This document shows positions 16,535 to 25,789 of a stretch of DNA of 58,929 bases, in pieces. The notes beneath the pieces are model-generated. The model did not search any database. It was not told the origin of the DNA and saw nothing but the letters and a program-made list of their open reading frames with translations. The stretch spans positions 1 to 58,929 of the forward strand of contig JAZOPN010000056.1 in assembly GCA_045655565.1 (NCBI GenBank), written 5' to 3'. The stretch is from Eubacteriales bacterium. Its GTDB lineage: Bacteria > Bacillota > Clostridia > Oscillospirales > CAG-272. Each line of letters opens with the position of its first letter. Positions within the stretch are counted from its first letter, which is position 1. The translations under genes were made by a program, and so were the position numbers.

Positions 16535-17722
16535 ATGCTTTTACCAAAAGGTGCGGTGTTTATCATTGATAGGCTATTTGAGTACGGCGAGAGAGCTGAT
16601 GCCGTCGGCGGTTGCGTTAGAGACCACCTCTTAAATAAGGCGTGCAACGATTATGATATTACCACCTCGGCAACTCCTTGGCGTGTCGAGGAAATCTTCT
16701 CCGACTGCCGTCTTGTTAAGACAGGCATAAAGCACGGCACGGTGACCATAGTCCTTGATGATGGTTCATACGAGGTTACCACCTACCGCAGGGATGGCGA
16801 ATATCTTGACAACCGTCACCCCACATCCGTTACATTTACTGATGAACTCTCCGACGACCTATCCCGCCGTGACTTCACCATAAACGCTATGTGCTATAAT
16901 CCACGCGATGGCTTTACCGACCTGTATGGTGGCAGAGATGACCTTGCGCGCGGTGTTATTCGTACCGTTGGCAACCCGATACAACGCTTTACCGAGGACG
17001 CCCTGCGTATTATGCGTGCTATTCGCTTCGCCTCGACGCTTGACTTCCTGCTGGATGAGCAAACCGAAAGAGCAACTCACGCTCTCGCACAACTTCTTAT
17101 GAAAATAAGTAGAGAGCGCATCTATGTTGAGTGGTATAAACTGCTCTCGGGTAAGGGGGCATATCGCATCCTCACATCATATCGCGATGTGATTGCAATA
17201 GCAATCCCCGAATTATCTAATCTTTGCCTGCCTGATGAGGCACGCTTTGAAAAGGCGGATTACTTAACACGCCTCCTATCCATATTCTATCTCTCGACCT
17301 CTACGCCAAAGGCGTCCTATTCCTCGGCTATGCGTTCGCTCAAAACCGATAACGCCATTCGCACACTTGGCGAGACCGCCCTTGAGCATTATACTTCAAG
17401 ACCGATATCCACCGAGAGTGAGGCGCTTCGCCTATTGTCTATATGCGGCGATGTTGCCAGCGAGGCGCTTGTTCGCCTCGGAATACTTCTCGGAGACTAT
17501 GACGATAGCACTCTTGTGACGCTTCAGCGCGCTATAAAGTCTAACAGACCTTACAGGATTTCCCACCTAGCCATAGACGGTAATGACCTGGCATCCCTCG
17601 GCTTTCGCGGTAGGGAAATAGGCGAGATGCTTACAGCACTTCTTGACCGAGTAATCTTTTGCGAATGCGAGAACTCTAAAGATGCGCTCATCACCTGTGC
17701 CAAGATGATGCGCTATGAATAA
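16535..17722 (+). CDS. cca: CCA tRNA nucleotidyltransferase
   Basis: VGGCVRD, DYD, TGIKHGTVT, EVTTYR, RRDFTINA, EDALRIMRAIRF. Confidence 0.9.
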   Translation: MLLPKGAVFIIDRLFEYGERADAVGGCVRDHLLNKACNDYDITTSATPWRVEEIFSDCRLVKTGIKHGTVTIVLDDGSYEVTTYRRDGEYLDNRHPTSVTFTDELSDDLSRRDFTINAMCYNPRDGFTDLYGGRDDLARGVIRTVGNPIQRFTEDALRIMRAIRFASTLDFLLDEQTERATHALAQLLMKISRERIYVEWYKLLSGKGAYRILTSYRDVIAIAIPELSNLCLPDEARFEKADYLTRLLSIFYLSTSTPKASYSSAMRSLKTDNAIRTLGETALEHYTSRPISTESEALRLLSICGDVASEALVRLGILLGDYDDSTLVTLQRAIKSNRPYRISHLAIDGNDLASLGFRGREIGEMLTALLDRVIFCECENSKDALITCAKMMRYE

Positions 17723-17758
17723 ACTGTTAGTGGGCAACACGCCCATAGCAGGAGAATT

Positions 17759-18460
17759 ATGCGAAAATACTATATACATTTACCGTTGGGTACTCTTGCA
17801 TTCGTGGTATTGGAAGATTGCCCAACATCTTTTTTTGAGATAGTCGATATTCCGACGCTCGTCCTCTCGCCGACACCCGGGGCAGACTTTCGCCTGACTA
17901 ACCTTGTGCCACACGGGACGACCGTATCCTACCTCGACACAATTGCCGCCCTCACCTATCACTTCTCAACCATCTGCGGTATGCCGAGGCATAGCCTAGA
18001 TATCATCACCGACTATGGCACAATAGAAGTCCCTGAGCAGTCCTATTCGGGTGAAATTAGGGTAGCACTTCCTCGGGCAAAAAGAGTATTCACGAGGGAG
18101 GTCGACCTGCTCGGCGGTATATCAGAGCCCGTCATCACCGTCACCGAATATACAACAAGTCGAATTATCGAGAATGTCGAGCGTCTCTCGCGCGAGCTTC
18201 TCGCTCGCCTCAGAATAATTGACGGACTTCCAAACGCAGATAGGGCAATCAGCTACAAGCATACCGAGCGCGGGTATGAGATAGTAACAACCGATAAGCT
18301 TCCCAATGCGGATAGCGTAAGTCCGCTTGTCAGGCTTCTGTCCGAGCGCGGTATTACAGGCACGGTAACAACGCTCGTAGAGAATAGGAAAATGCACTTT
18401 TCTATATCGAATAACTTGACACCATATGCCGTCTATGCTGACCTCGCGCATACAGCGTAA
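17759..18460 (+). CDS. Hypothetical protein, weak resemblance to the DapF/PhzF fold
   Basis: GGAG RBS, 233 aa; PGADFRL and IITDYGTIEV segments recall DapF; no catalytic CGNG motif. Confidence 0.5.
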   Translation: MRKYYIHLPLGTLAFVVLEDCPTSFFEIVDIPTLVLSPTPGADFRLTNLVPHGTTVSYLDTIAALTYHFSTICGMPRHSLDIITDYGTIEVPEQSYSGEIRVALPRAKRVFTREVDLLGGISEPVITVTEYTTSRIIENVERLSRELLARLRIIDGLPNADRAISYKHTERGYEIVTTDKLPNADSVSPLVRLLSERGITGTVTTLVENRKMHFSISNNLTPYAVYADLAHTA

Positions 18461-18534
18461 ATACTTGACATATTCTTTTTGGTATGTTAGAATACCACTA
18501 TGAATGATTTGCCACTCGGCAGAAAGGAGTGCGT

Positions 18535-20280
18535 ATGGCTTTTGATGCTTATATGATGCGCTCGGTGCTCGATGAGTTTAGAAGCGAGTTTCCCGACGCT
18601 AAGATAGAAAAGGTGCTTCAGCCTCAGAACGATGAGATTGATATGGTTATTAAGTCAGGTAGGCACCAGCGCCGCCTCGTCTTTAATGTCGGGCCTAACG
18701 CCCCCAGACTGCAATTATCCGACACAGCAAAGGAAAATCCCCTAAAAGCACCAATGCTATGTATGCTTCTTCGTAAGTATTTCACAGGTGCGAGAATAAC
18801 AGGCGTAACCCAGCTTGGCATGGATAGAATAGCCGATTTTACCGTCGCGTGCTATGATGATATGGGCTTCCCAACCACCAAGCACATCATCTGCGAGATA
18901 ATGGGCAAATATGCAAACCTCGTTATTACGGATGGCGAGATGAAGGTGCTATCCGCGATGAAGATTATCGACTTTGCCGCCAGCACTATCCGTCAGGTGC
19001 TACCCGGGCTAAAATACCAAATTCCCGCTATGCAACAGAAGCGCGACCTGCTTAAAGAGTGCAAGGATGAGTTCCTTCTTGCCTTATCCGAGTTTCCCCC
19101 CGAGCGCACAGGCGAGAAATTTATCACGATGACCTATTCGGGCATCGCAACGCAGATAGCCCACGAGATAGTCTACCGCGCTACGGGTGCCATAGACATT
19201 CCGGTTTATATGATTGACCCCGATTGCCTGTGGACGGTCTTTTCTTCGTGGCAGGGGTTGCTTAAGTCGCACGACTATAACCCAACCGTTGCAGTAGATA
19301 AAACGGGCAGGCCGATTGATTATTCCTATATGGATATCACCTACCTCGGTGACGCAGTAACAGTACAGCACTTCGAGAGCATATCCACTATGCTCGATGA
19401 ATACTTTCGCGAGAGGGACAGGCTCGAGCGCATACATCAGCGCGCCCACGACCTTGTTACCCTAATTTCCAACGCTAAGGCACGCACCGAGCGCAAGCTC
19501 GCGATACAGCGCGAGGCCCTTAGAGAAAGTGCAAAGGGTGAGGAATATAAAAGATACGGAGACCTTATCACCGCGAGTATTTATATGCTGGAGCGCGGTA
19601 TGTCCTCATTCACCACCGTTGACTACTATGACGAGAATTGCCCGACGGTTGAAGTCCCGCTTGATACAAGGCTATCTCCCAGTGCTAACGCCCAGAGGAT
19701 GTATAAGCTCTATAACAAGGCGAAAAAAGCACGCGAGGTGCTCACCGAGCAGATACAGATTTGGGAGAGAGAACTAGAGTACCTGGATAGTGTAGAGACA
19801 TTCCTCGGCAAGGCGGAGTGCGAGGATGACCTAATTGAAATCCGTGATGAACTCTATCGTTCCGGATATGCCTCAAGACTTCGGGGTTACAAACCGCCAA
19901 AGGCGATAAAGCCTCGTCCGATGCGCTTTGTGACCTCGGGTGGCTACCCTCTCATCGTCGGGCGCAACAATGTCGAGAACGACATCATCACCTTTAAGAT
20001 GGCAGAGAAGTGTGACATTTGGTTTCACACTAAGGGTGTGCCCGGCTCCCATGTTATAATGCAGACGGGTGGCGAGGAGCCGAGCGAACGCGACTACACC
20101 GAGGCAGCCGCCATAGCCGCCCACTACTCTAAGGCTACGGGGGATCTCGTTGCGGTAGACTATACCGCAGTCAAGAACATCAAGAAGCCACAGGGTGCGA
20201 AGCCGGGCTTCGTCATATACAAAACAAACTACACGGCATATGTTAGACCTATGTCGGGAGAGGAGCTGGCAGATGGTTGA
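18535..20280 (+). CDS. rqcH: Ribosome quality control protein RqcH (NFACT/FbpA)
   Basis: MAFD, APMLCMLLRK, DRI, EIMGKYAN, NAQRMYKLYNK, GRNN..ND, WFH...PGSHV, KPGFVIY. Confidence 0.93.
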   Translation: MAFDAYMMRSVLDEFRSEFPDAKIEKVLQPQNDEIDMVIKSGRHQRRLVFNVGPNAPRLQLSDTAKENPLKAPMLCMLLRKYFTGARITGVTQLGMDRIADFTVACYDDMGFPTTKHIICEIMGKYANLVITDGEMKVLSAMKIIDFAASTIRQVLPGLKYQIPAMQQKRDLLKECKDEFLLALSEFPPERTGEKFITMTYSGIATQIAHEIVYRATGAIDIPVYMIDPDCLWTVFSSWQGLLKSHDYNPTVAVDKTGRPIDYSYMDITYLGDAVTVQHFESISTMLDEYFRERDRLERIHQRAHDLVTLISNAKARTERKLAIQREALRESAKGEEYKRYGDLITASIYMLERGMSSFTTVDYYDENCPTVEVPLDTRLSPSANAQRMYKLYNKAKKAREVLTEQIQIWERELEYLDSVETFLGKAECEDDLIEIRDELYRSGYASRLRGYKPPKAIKPRPMRFVTSGGYPLIVGRNNVENDIITFKMAEKCDIWFHTKGVPGSHVIMQTGGEEPSERDYTEAAAIAAHYSKATGDLVAVDYTAVKNIKKPQGAKPGFVIYKTNYTAYVRPMSGEELADG

Positions 20281-20851
20281 TTTGGTTGGACTTCATAAGC
20301 ACTTTTTACTAGAGCACTTAGCACCGGGTGATGTTGCCGTGGACTTTACAATGGGCAACGGAAATGATACGCTGTTTCTTTCGCGTACAGTTGGTGAGGA
20401 CGGGAGAGTGTATGCCTTCGATATACAAGAGGAGGCACTAACCTCAACGCGCGCCCATCTAGAGGAGTGTGATGCACCGAAGAATTACACCCTTATATGC
20501 GCCTCGCACCACAGAGTGAGGGAATTTGTCAAAGAACCTATTAAGGCTGGCATATTCAATCTTGGATATCTTCCGCGCAGCGGAAAGAAGAGCATCACTA
20601 CTATGCGAGAGACCACATTTCCTGCGGTAGAGGCTGCGCTGGAGTTGCTTCTTCCCGATGGTGTGCTCATCGTCGCAATATATCCGGGCCACGAGGAGGG
20701 CGCGCTCGAAGGGGATATGCTAAGAGATTATTTTAAGACCTTGTCGCGCTTCCGAATTTGCGCCTCTGAGTTTCATATTCTTAATTCCCCGATCTCTCCA
20801 TACTTCTTCCTCTTAGAGAAAAGCCCAAAAGCCAAGTATGGCGAGATTTAG
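20273..20851 (+). CDS. Class I SAM methyltransferase (YtqB/MnmM family)
   Basis: VDFTMGNGNDT, AFDIQ, FNLGYLP, IYPGHEEG; start overlaps the rqcH stop. Confidence 0.85.
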   Translation: MVDLVGLHKHFLLEHLAPGDVAVDFTMGNGNDTLFLSRTVGEDGRVYAFDIQEEALTSTRAHLEECDAPKNYTLICASHHRVREFVKEPIKAGIFNLGYLPRSGKKSITTMRETTFPAVEAALELLLPDGVLIVAIYPGHEEGALEGDMLRDYFKTLSRFRICASEFHILNSPISPYFFLLEKSPKAKYGEI

Positions 20852-21147
20852 TTGATATATTTGAAAAGAATAGAAAGCAGGACTGTTGTAAGCTGTGTAA
20901 AAGAGTGTTGTCACGCCACAAAGCTTTTACATTTTTACTAAATTAAAGTGGAAAATATAATCTCTCTACATACAGTGCCTATGCTGTCTGTATATAGTGA
21001 CAACATCAAATAATACCGAAGAAGAATAACAAAAACGGCAGAACGAACGGTATGTGCTCTTAAGGACAGTTTTTGGAATTTAATAGAATACGTTACCTAC
21101 CGACAGGAAAAGGACAGAGAATTTTGTGTTCTCTGTCTTTTCGTTAT

Positions 21148-21355
21148 ATAAAAAAGGTGCGCAACCGAAGCCACGCACCGAAAAACGCAAACTCCAATTG
21201 TCGCCAAACAAAACCAACTTCACGGATAAACACCAAATGCAAGTCAGCGGAGCAAGCGTTTTTGCCTGAATTAATCTGACTCGCAAAAATAGGTATAAGC
21301 CCCCCTACAAAAATAGGACGTTTATCCTCAAAAGTTATTTGGTTTTGTTTGGCAT
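21148..21355 (-). ncRNA. Candidate structured ncRNA (~205 nt)
   Basis: Promoter TTTACA-17-TATAAT upstream, 13-bp terminal helix, further internal helices, terminator ggtgcg..cgcacc-T6. Confidence 0.55.
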
Positions 21356-21359
21356 CTTT

Positions 21360-21388
21360 ATTATACCAGGATTTTTTCGGTTTGTAAA
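21360..21388 (-). promoter_or_regulatory. Sigma-A-type promoter
   Basis: TTTACA (21388-21383), 17 nt spacer, TATAAT (21365-21360). Confidence 0.6.
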
Positions 21389-21662
21389 TATATTTCTTGT
21401 TTTTTCAAATTGCTTTCCGGGAGGTAGTAAAAAGCCTCCCTTTACGCAAAGGAGCCTTTTTTGTGTTCATCTATGACTTATCAATTTTCCTGGCAAGTAC
21501 TGCATTTGTGTCCACAAATGCAAAATACGGCATACCTCTTTCGAGATATACCGTATTTTTACAAAACTGTCCTTTAGAGTGACGCTCTAATGGTTCTGCC
21601 ACTTTTGTGTAATATAAGTAAAAATGTCAAGAATATAAAAGGTCACAAAGACAACCGGAAGA

Positions 21663-22481
21663 TTACTCGAAGAAACCGTTGAGCCTAAGCCACGCGACCA
21701 TCTCGCCCGGCCAGGAGCGCATATATTCACGCCCGGCAAATCTCTCTTCGTTAACAAGGCCAATTCCGTGGCTGCCATAGGGATAAATATGGCACTCGTG
21801 TGATACACCAAGCTCGTTTAGCTTCATAGCATATCTGTATGTATTAGCGACATCGACAACCGCGTCAGCCTGGCAGTGCCACATGAAGCACGGTGGCGCG
21901 TCCTTGTCGGCAATAAGCCTCGGGGTTATAGTTCTCCACTCGCCGATACTGTCGCCGAGCAGATTTCTATATGAGCCTATATGACCCTCGAGGTCTAGTA
22001 CGGGATAGCAGAGTATTTGTGCATTCGGGATCGGGTCAATATTATCTATATCATCTACACCTTCGCCTTCTATCTCGCTGCGGTAAGTAGACACCAGTGC
22101 CGCCAGATGTCCACCGGCAGAAGAACCCATTACTGCAACACGGGTGGGGTCTATTCCGAATTTTTCAGCATTTGCACGCACAAATCTTACACCACGTCTA
22201 GCATCTAAAAGTTCTGCGGGGAAGTTGTATGGCCTAACACGGTAATCAACAACAAATGCATCCATACCACACTCATTGAGATATAGCGCGTAGCCCTCGC
22301 CCTCATGCTTCGCCCTGTGGCTGTAACCACCACCCGGATATATGACAACGGTGCCACGCGTCGTCTTTTTTTCGGCAGGGTAGTAGCATATTGTAGGCTC
22401 TACATTAGGATAACAGTCCTCCGGTACTTCGGGTAACATTAGCGGTGTTTTGCCCGCTTCCCACAAATTAAATCTTTCCAT
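21663..22481 (-). CDS. Alpha/beta hydrolase (esterase)
   Basis: PGGGY oxyanion motif, GSSAGG nucleophile, D..V and HGIG triad residues. Confidence 0.9.
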   Translation of the reverse strand: MERFNLWEAGKTPLMLPEVPEDCYPNVEPTICYYPAEKKTTRGTVVIYPGGGYSHRAKHEGEGYALYLNECGMDAFVVDYRVRPYNFPAELLDARRGVRFVRANAEKFGIDPTRVAVMGSSAGGHLAALVSTYRSEIEGEGVDDIDNIDPIPNAQILCYPVLDLEGHIGSYRNLLGDSIGEWRTITPRLIADKDAPPCFMWHCQADAVVDVANTYRYAMKLNELGVSHECHIYPYGSHGIGLVNEERFAGREYMRSWPGEMVAWLRLNGFFE

Positions 22482-22497
22482 AATAATTCCTTTCGTT

Positions 22498-23247
22498 TTA
22501 TGCGTTCTTCTCCTCGACCATTAGTCTGGCATCAAGTATGCGCCTTTTAACAGCCGAGATTATTAGGTATGTAATAATAAGGTACACCAGTGCAACCAGG
22601 TAATCTATAAATATTGTAACAAGCTCACCGGTACGGTAGCTTGAACCGTGCTCGATAAAGAATGTAATCGTGTTAATTGTCAGTATTACACAGCGTCTAA
22701 CAAAGGCGAGCAAAGCCATACTGCCAAGTAGCATTCCACACCCCTCTGTGACATTCATCGTGTCGTGCCTCGGCATTGCCTCCAAGAGATAATCGAGCGC
22801 ATCTCCTGCCTTTCTCCGACTTAAATACAGAACCAATAGAGCAACACCGAAGAATAGGACACCCTCAGTATAGGATAGTAGCGAGAAGCCTATCGAGGTC
22901 AGAAACGAGAAGAATATTGATTCGAGAGAGTCAAATCCCATATTGTAAATGTAGTACATATAGTACCATGGCAGGTAGTAGAATATCCTCGAGAGCGACA
23001 CAAGCGCACCAAAGAAGAATGCACGCTTAAACCCACGGTATGCAAGCATAATAAGCATTAGCGCACCGACAATGGCCGGTATCATAAATTCAAAGCCTTC
23101 GGTTAGATAATACCTAATAACACCGAGAACATCACCGACACCGTTTCCTTGGAAGATGTATTCAATATGATAGAGTGCGTATTCAAAGACGCCTAATATA
23201 GACAGCCAAATTATGCACTTTTTGAGTAGACCATCTGTCTTTAGCAT
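22498..23247 (-). CDS. Hypothetical membrane protein
   Basis: 249 aa, about 6 hydrophobic segments, GGAGG RBS. Confidence 0.7.
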   Translation of the reverse strand: MLKTDGLLKKCIIWLSILGVFEYALYHIEYIFQGNGVGDVLGVIRYYLTEGFEFMIPAIVGALMLIMLAYRGFKRAFFFGALVSLSRIFYYLPWYYMYYIYNMGFDSLESIFFSFLTSIGFSLLSYTEGVLFFGVALLVLYLSRRKAGDALDYLLEAMPRHDTMNVTEGCGMLLGSMALLAFVRRCVILTINTITFFIEHGSSYRTGELVTIFIDYLVALVYLIITYLIISAVKRRILDARLMVEEKNA

Positions 23248-23415
23248 AACATCCTCCCGATAGTTTTATAAAGCAATTCTAGCACATCCGGTCTCTTAAA
23301 TCAAGTTTTATCGCAAAATTAACCAAAAAACCTTTTATAACAATAGTTAAGCCGTAAGAGAAAGGCGCATTTGTGAATAAATTGTAAATTTTCAATAACT
23401 GCGGTAAAGTATTTG

Positions 23416-23550
23416 TTGACATACGATAAATAATATGTTAATATAAATCTCGTGCGCAAGAGCGCAAAAAAAATACACACACAGCGGGGGTGTCGATTGC
23501 CGGTGCTCCAAGAGTCGCAGTCGAGTGGCCGCTGTGGTGGAAAAACCAAG
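23416..23550 (+). promoter_or_regulatory. rpsB promoter and structured S2 leader
   Basis: TTGACA-17-TAATAT with extended TG; leader CACACACAGCGG..GCCGGTGC..CCGCTGTGGTGG with pairing ends. Confidence 0.6.
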
Positions 23551-23562
23551 GAGGAACATAAA

Positions 23563-24303
23563 ATGTTCGAAATTACAATCAAGCAGTTGCTTGAGGCAGG
23601 CGTTCACTTCGGTCACCCGACCAAGAAGTGGAACCCGAAGATGGCAGAGTACATCTTCACCCAGAGAAACGGTATTCATATCGTTGATCTTCAGAAGACC
23701 GTCAAGAAGTTCGAGGAGGCTTACAACTTTGTAGCTGAGCTCGCAGCACAGGGCGGCACCATTCTCTTCGTAGGTACAAAGAAGCAGGCAGCCGAGACCG
23801 TAAGAGAAGAGGCAACCAGATGCGGTATGTACTACACCAATGTTCGTTGGCCCGGTGGTATGCTTACCAACTTCCAGACCATTCGCAGATCCATCAAGCG
23901 TCTTAAGGAGCTTGAGAAGATGCAGGCAGACGGCACCTTCGACCTTCTTCCTAAGAAGGAAGTTGCTAAGCTCATCAAGGAGATGGAGGATCTTGAGAAG
24001 TCCTACGGCGGTATCAAGGAGATGGAAAGACTTCCCGATTGCGTATTCATCGTAGATACTCGCAAGGAGAAGATCGCTGTTGCAGAGGCTAAGAAGCTTG
24101 GCATTCCCGTAGTTGCTATCGTTGATACCAACTGTGATCCTGATGATGCTGATTACATCATCCCCGGTAACGATGACGCTATTCGCGCTATCAAGCTTAT
24201 TGCAGGCGCACTTGCTGATGCAGTTGTCGCTGCACACGGTGGTGTTGAGGAGGCTCCCGTAGAGGAGACCGAGGCAGTAGCCGAGGAAGTAGTTTCTGAG
24301 TAA
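23563..24303 (+). CDS. rpsB: 30S ribosomal protein S2
   Basis: [39 protein letters not shown]. Confidence 0.98.
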   Translation: MFEITIKQLLEAGVHFGHPTKKWNPKMAEYIFTQRNGIHIVDLQKTVKKFEEAYNFVAELAAQGGTILFVGTKKQAAETVREEATRCGMYYTNVRWPGGMLTNFQTIRRSIKRLKELEKMQADGTFDLLPKKEVAKLIKEMEDLEKSYGGIKEMERLPDCVFIVDTRKEKIAVAEAKKLGIPVVAIVDTNCDPDDADYIIPGNDDAIRAIKLIAGALADAVVAAHGGVEEAPVEETEAVAEEVVSE

Positions 24304-24325
24304 TTAGGATAAAGGAGAAAGAAAA

Positions 24326-25246
24326 ATGGCAGAGATTAGTGCAAAGCTCGTTGCCGAGCTTAGAAAGCAGACCGGCTGCGGTATGATGGACTGTAAGAAC
24401 GCTCTCAAGGATGCTAACGGTGACTTTGAGGCAGCAGTTAAGATTCTTCGCGAGAAGGGTATGGCAGCCAGCGCTAAGAAGGCTGACAGAATCGCGGCTG
24501 AGGGCCTTGTTGACATTATGACTATTGATGGCGTTACCGCAATGGTTGAGGTTAACTCCGAGACAGACTTCGTTGCTAAGAACGCTATTTTCCAGGAGTT
24601 CGTTAAGACCGTACTTAAGACCATCATCGCAGTTAAGCCTCAGAATGTTGAGGAGCTGCTTCTGGCAAATGTTGCTGATGGCGAGGGTACAATCGCAGAG
24701 GCACTTACCGAGCACACCTACAAGATCGGTGAGAAGCTTTCTATCCGTCGCTTCGTTATCGTTGAGGGCGTTGTTTCTACCTACATTCACGGTCTTGGCA
24801 CTACCGGTGTTATTATCAACTTCGACACCGATGTAGCTGACAAGGACGGCTTCGCAGAGTGTGCGAAGAACGTTGCGCTTCAGGTTGCAGCTATGACCGT
24901 TTCTTACCTTGACAGAGCTTCTGTTCCCGCTTCGGTTATCGAGGAGGAGAAGGCTATTCTTCTTAAGCAGATGGAACAGGATCCCAAGATGTCCGGCAAG
25001 CCCGAGCAGGTGCTTATTAAGATCGTTGAGGGTAAGCTTGGTAAGTTCTACGAGAACAACTGCCTTCTTGAGCAGGCATATGTTAAGGATGACTCCCTTA
25101 CCGTTGGCAAGTATGTTGCCGGCGTAGCTAAGGATCTCGGTGGCTCTATCAAGGTTATCGGCTTTGTTCGTTTTGACAAGGGCGAGGGAATTGAGAAGAG
25201 AGAGGATGATCTTGCAGCCGAGGTTGCTAAGATGGTTCAGGGCTAA
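24326..25246 (+). CDS. tsf: Elongation factor Ts
   Basis: LRKQTGCGMMDCKNAL, EVNSETDFVA, GEGIEK. Confidence 0.98.
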   Translation: MAEISAKLVAELRKQTGCGMMDCKNALKDANGDFEAAVKILREKGMAASAKKADRIAAEGLVDIMTIDGVTAMVEVNSETDFVAKNAIFQEFVKTVLKTIIAVKPQNVEELLLANVADGEGTIAEALTEHTYKIGEKLSIRRFVIVEGVVSTYIHGLGTTGVIINFDTDVADKDGFAECAKNVALQVAAMTVSYLDRASVPASVIEEEKAILLKQMEQDPKMSGKPEQVLIKIVEGKLGKFYENNCLLEQAYVKDDSLTVGKYVAGVAKDLGGSIKVIGFVRFDKGEGIEKREDDLAAEVAKMVQG

Positions 25247-25268
25247 TAAATTTTAGCGCTAAGTTTAA

Positions 25269-25666
25269 TGCGCTCCGTCTCGCAGTACCTTTGTACAGCG
25301 TCGCGGGGCGCATTTTCCTTATCATCTAAAATTTATAGAGCCCTGAAAAAGACCCGAGGCTTAGGTAGGGCAGCAGTCCTCTTGTTGTGCTTCGTTAAGC
25401 ACACATCCCACTCATACAAAAATAGGCTCAAATACTTGCGCTTCGTCTCGCAGTACCTTTGTACAGCGTCGCGGGGCGCATTTTCCTTATCATCTAAAAT
25501 TTATAGAGCTCTGAAAAAGACTCGAGGCTTAGGTAGGGCAGTCCTCTCGTTGTGCTTCGTTAAGTATACATCCTTATCGCACCAAAATACAATCTAAATA
25601 CTTGCGCTTCGTCTCGCAGTACCTTTGTACAGCGTCGCGGAGTGCATTTTCCTTATGATCTAAAAT
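25269..25666. repeat. Tandem repeat, units of 168 and 166 bp plus a partial third copy
   Basis: Unit starts at 25269, 25437 and 25603, each opening with the hairpin tgcgct(c/t)cgtctcgcagtacctttgtacagcgtcgcgg. Confidence 0.9.
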
Positions 25667-25789
25667 CCTTAGTGAGATAGCAGCTTTTCTCTTGTTATAT
25701 ACGCCGACATCTATCGCATGTAATGATAAACTCTTTTATTCTGTAAAAAGAAATAGTTGCATATAGTTGACATAAAGGAGTTTATATAT

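Noticed and set aside
21148-21355. 6S RNA assignment for the orphan RNA
   Set aside because: The interior appears branched rather than a rod with a central bubble; it cannot be assigned without a covariance search.
23392-24237. Long antisense ORFs (also 30850-31614, 10129-10734 and many shorter ones)
   Set aside because: They are shadows of strongly codon-biased genes on the opposite strand and have no motifs.
25269-25666. Possible CRISPR array
   Set aside because: The inter-hairpin sequences are ~120 bp and near-identical rather than unique spacers, and no cas genes are present.
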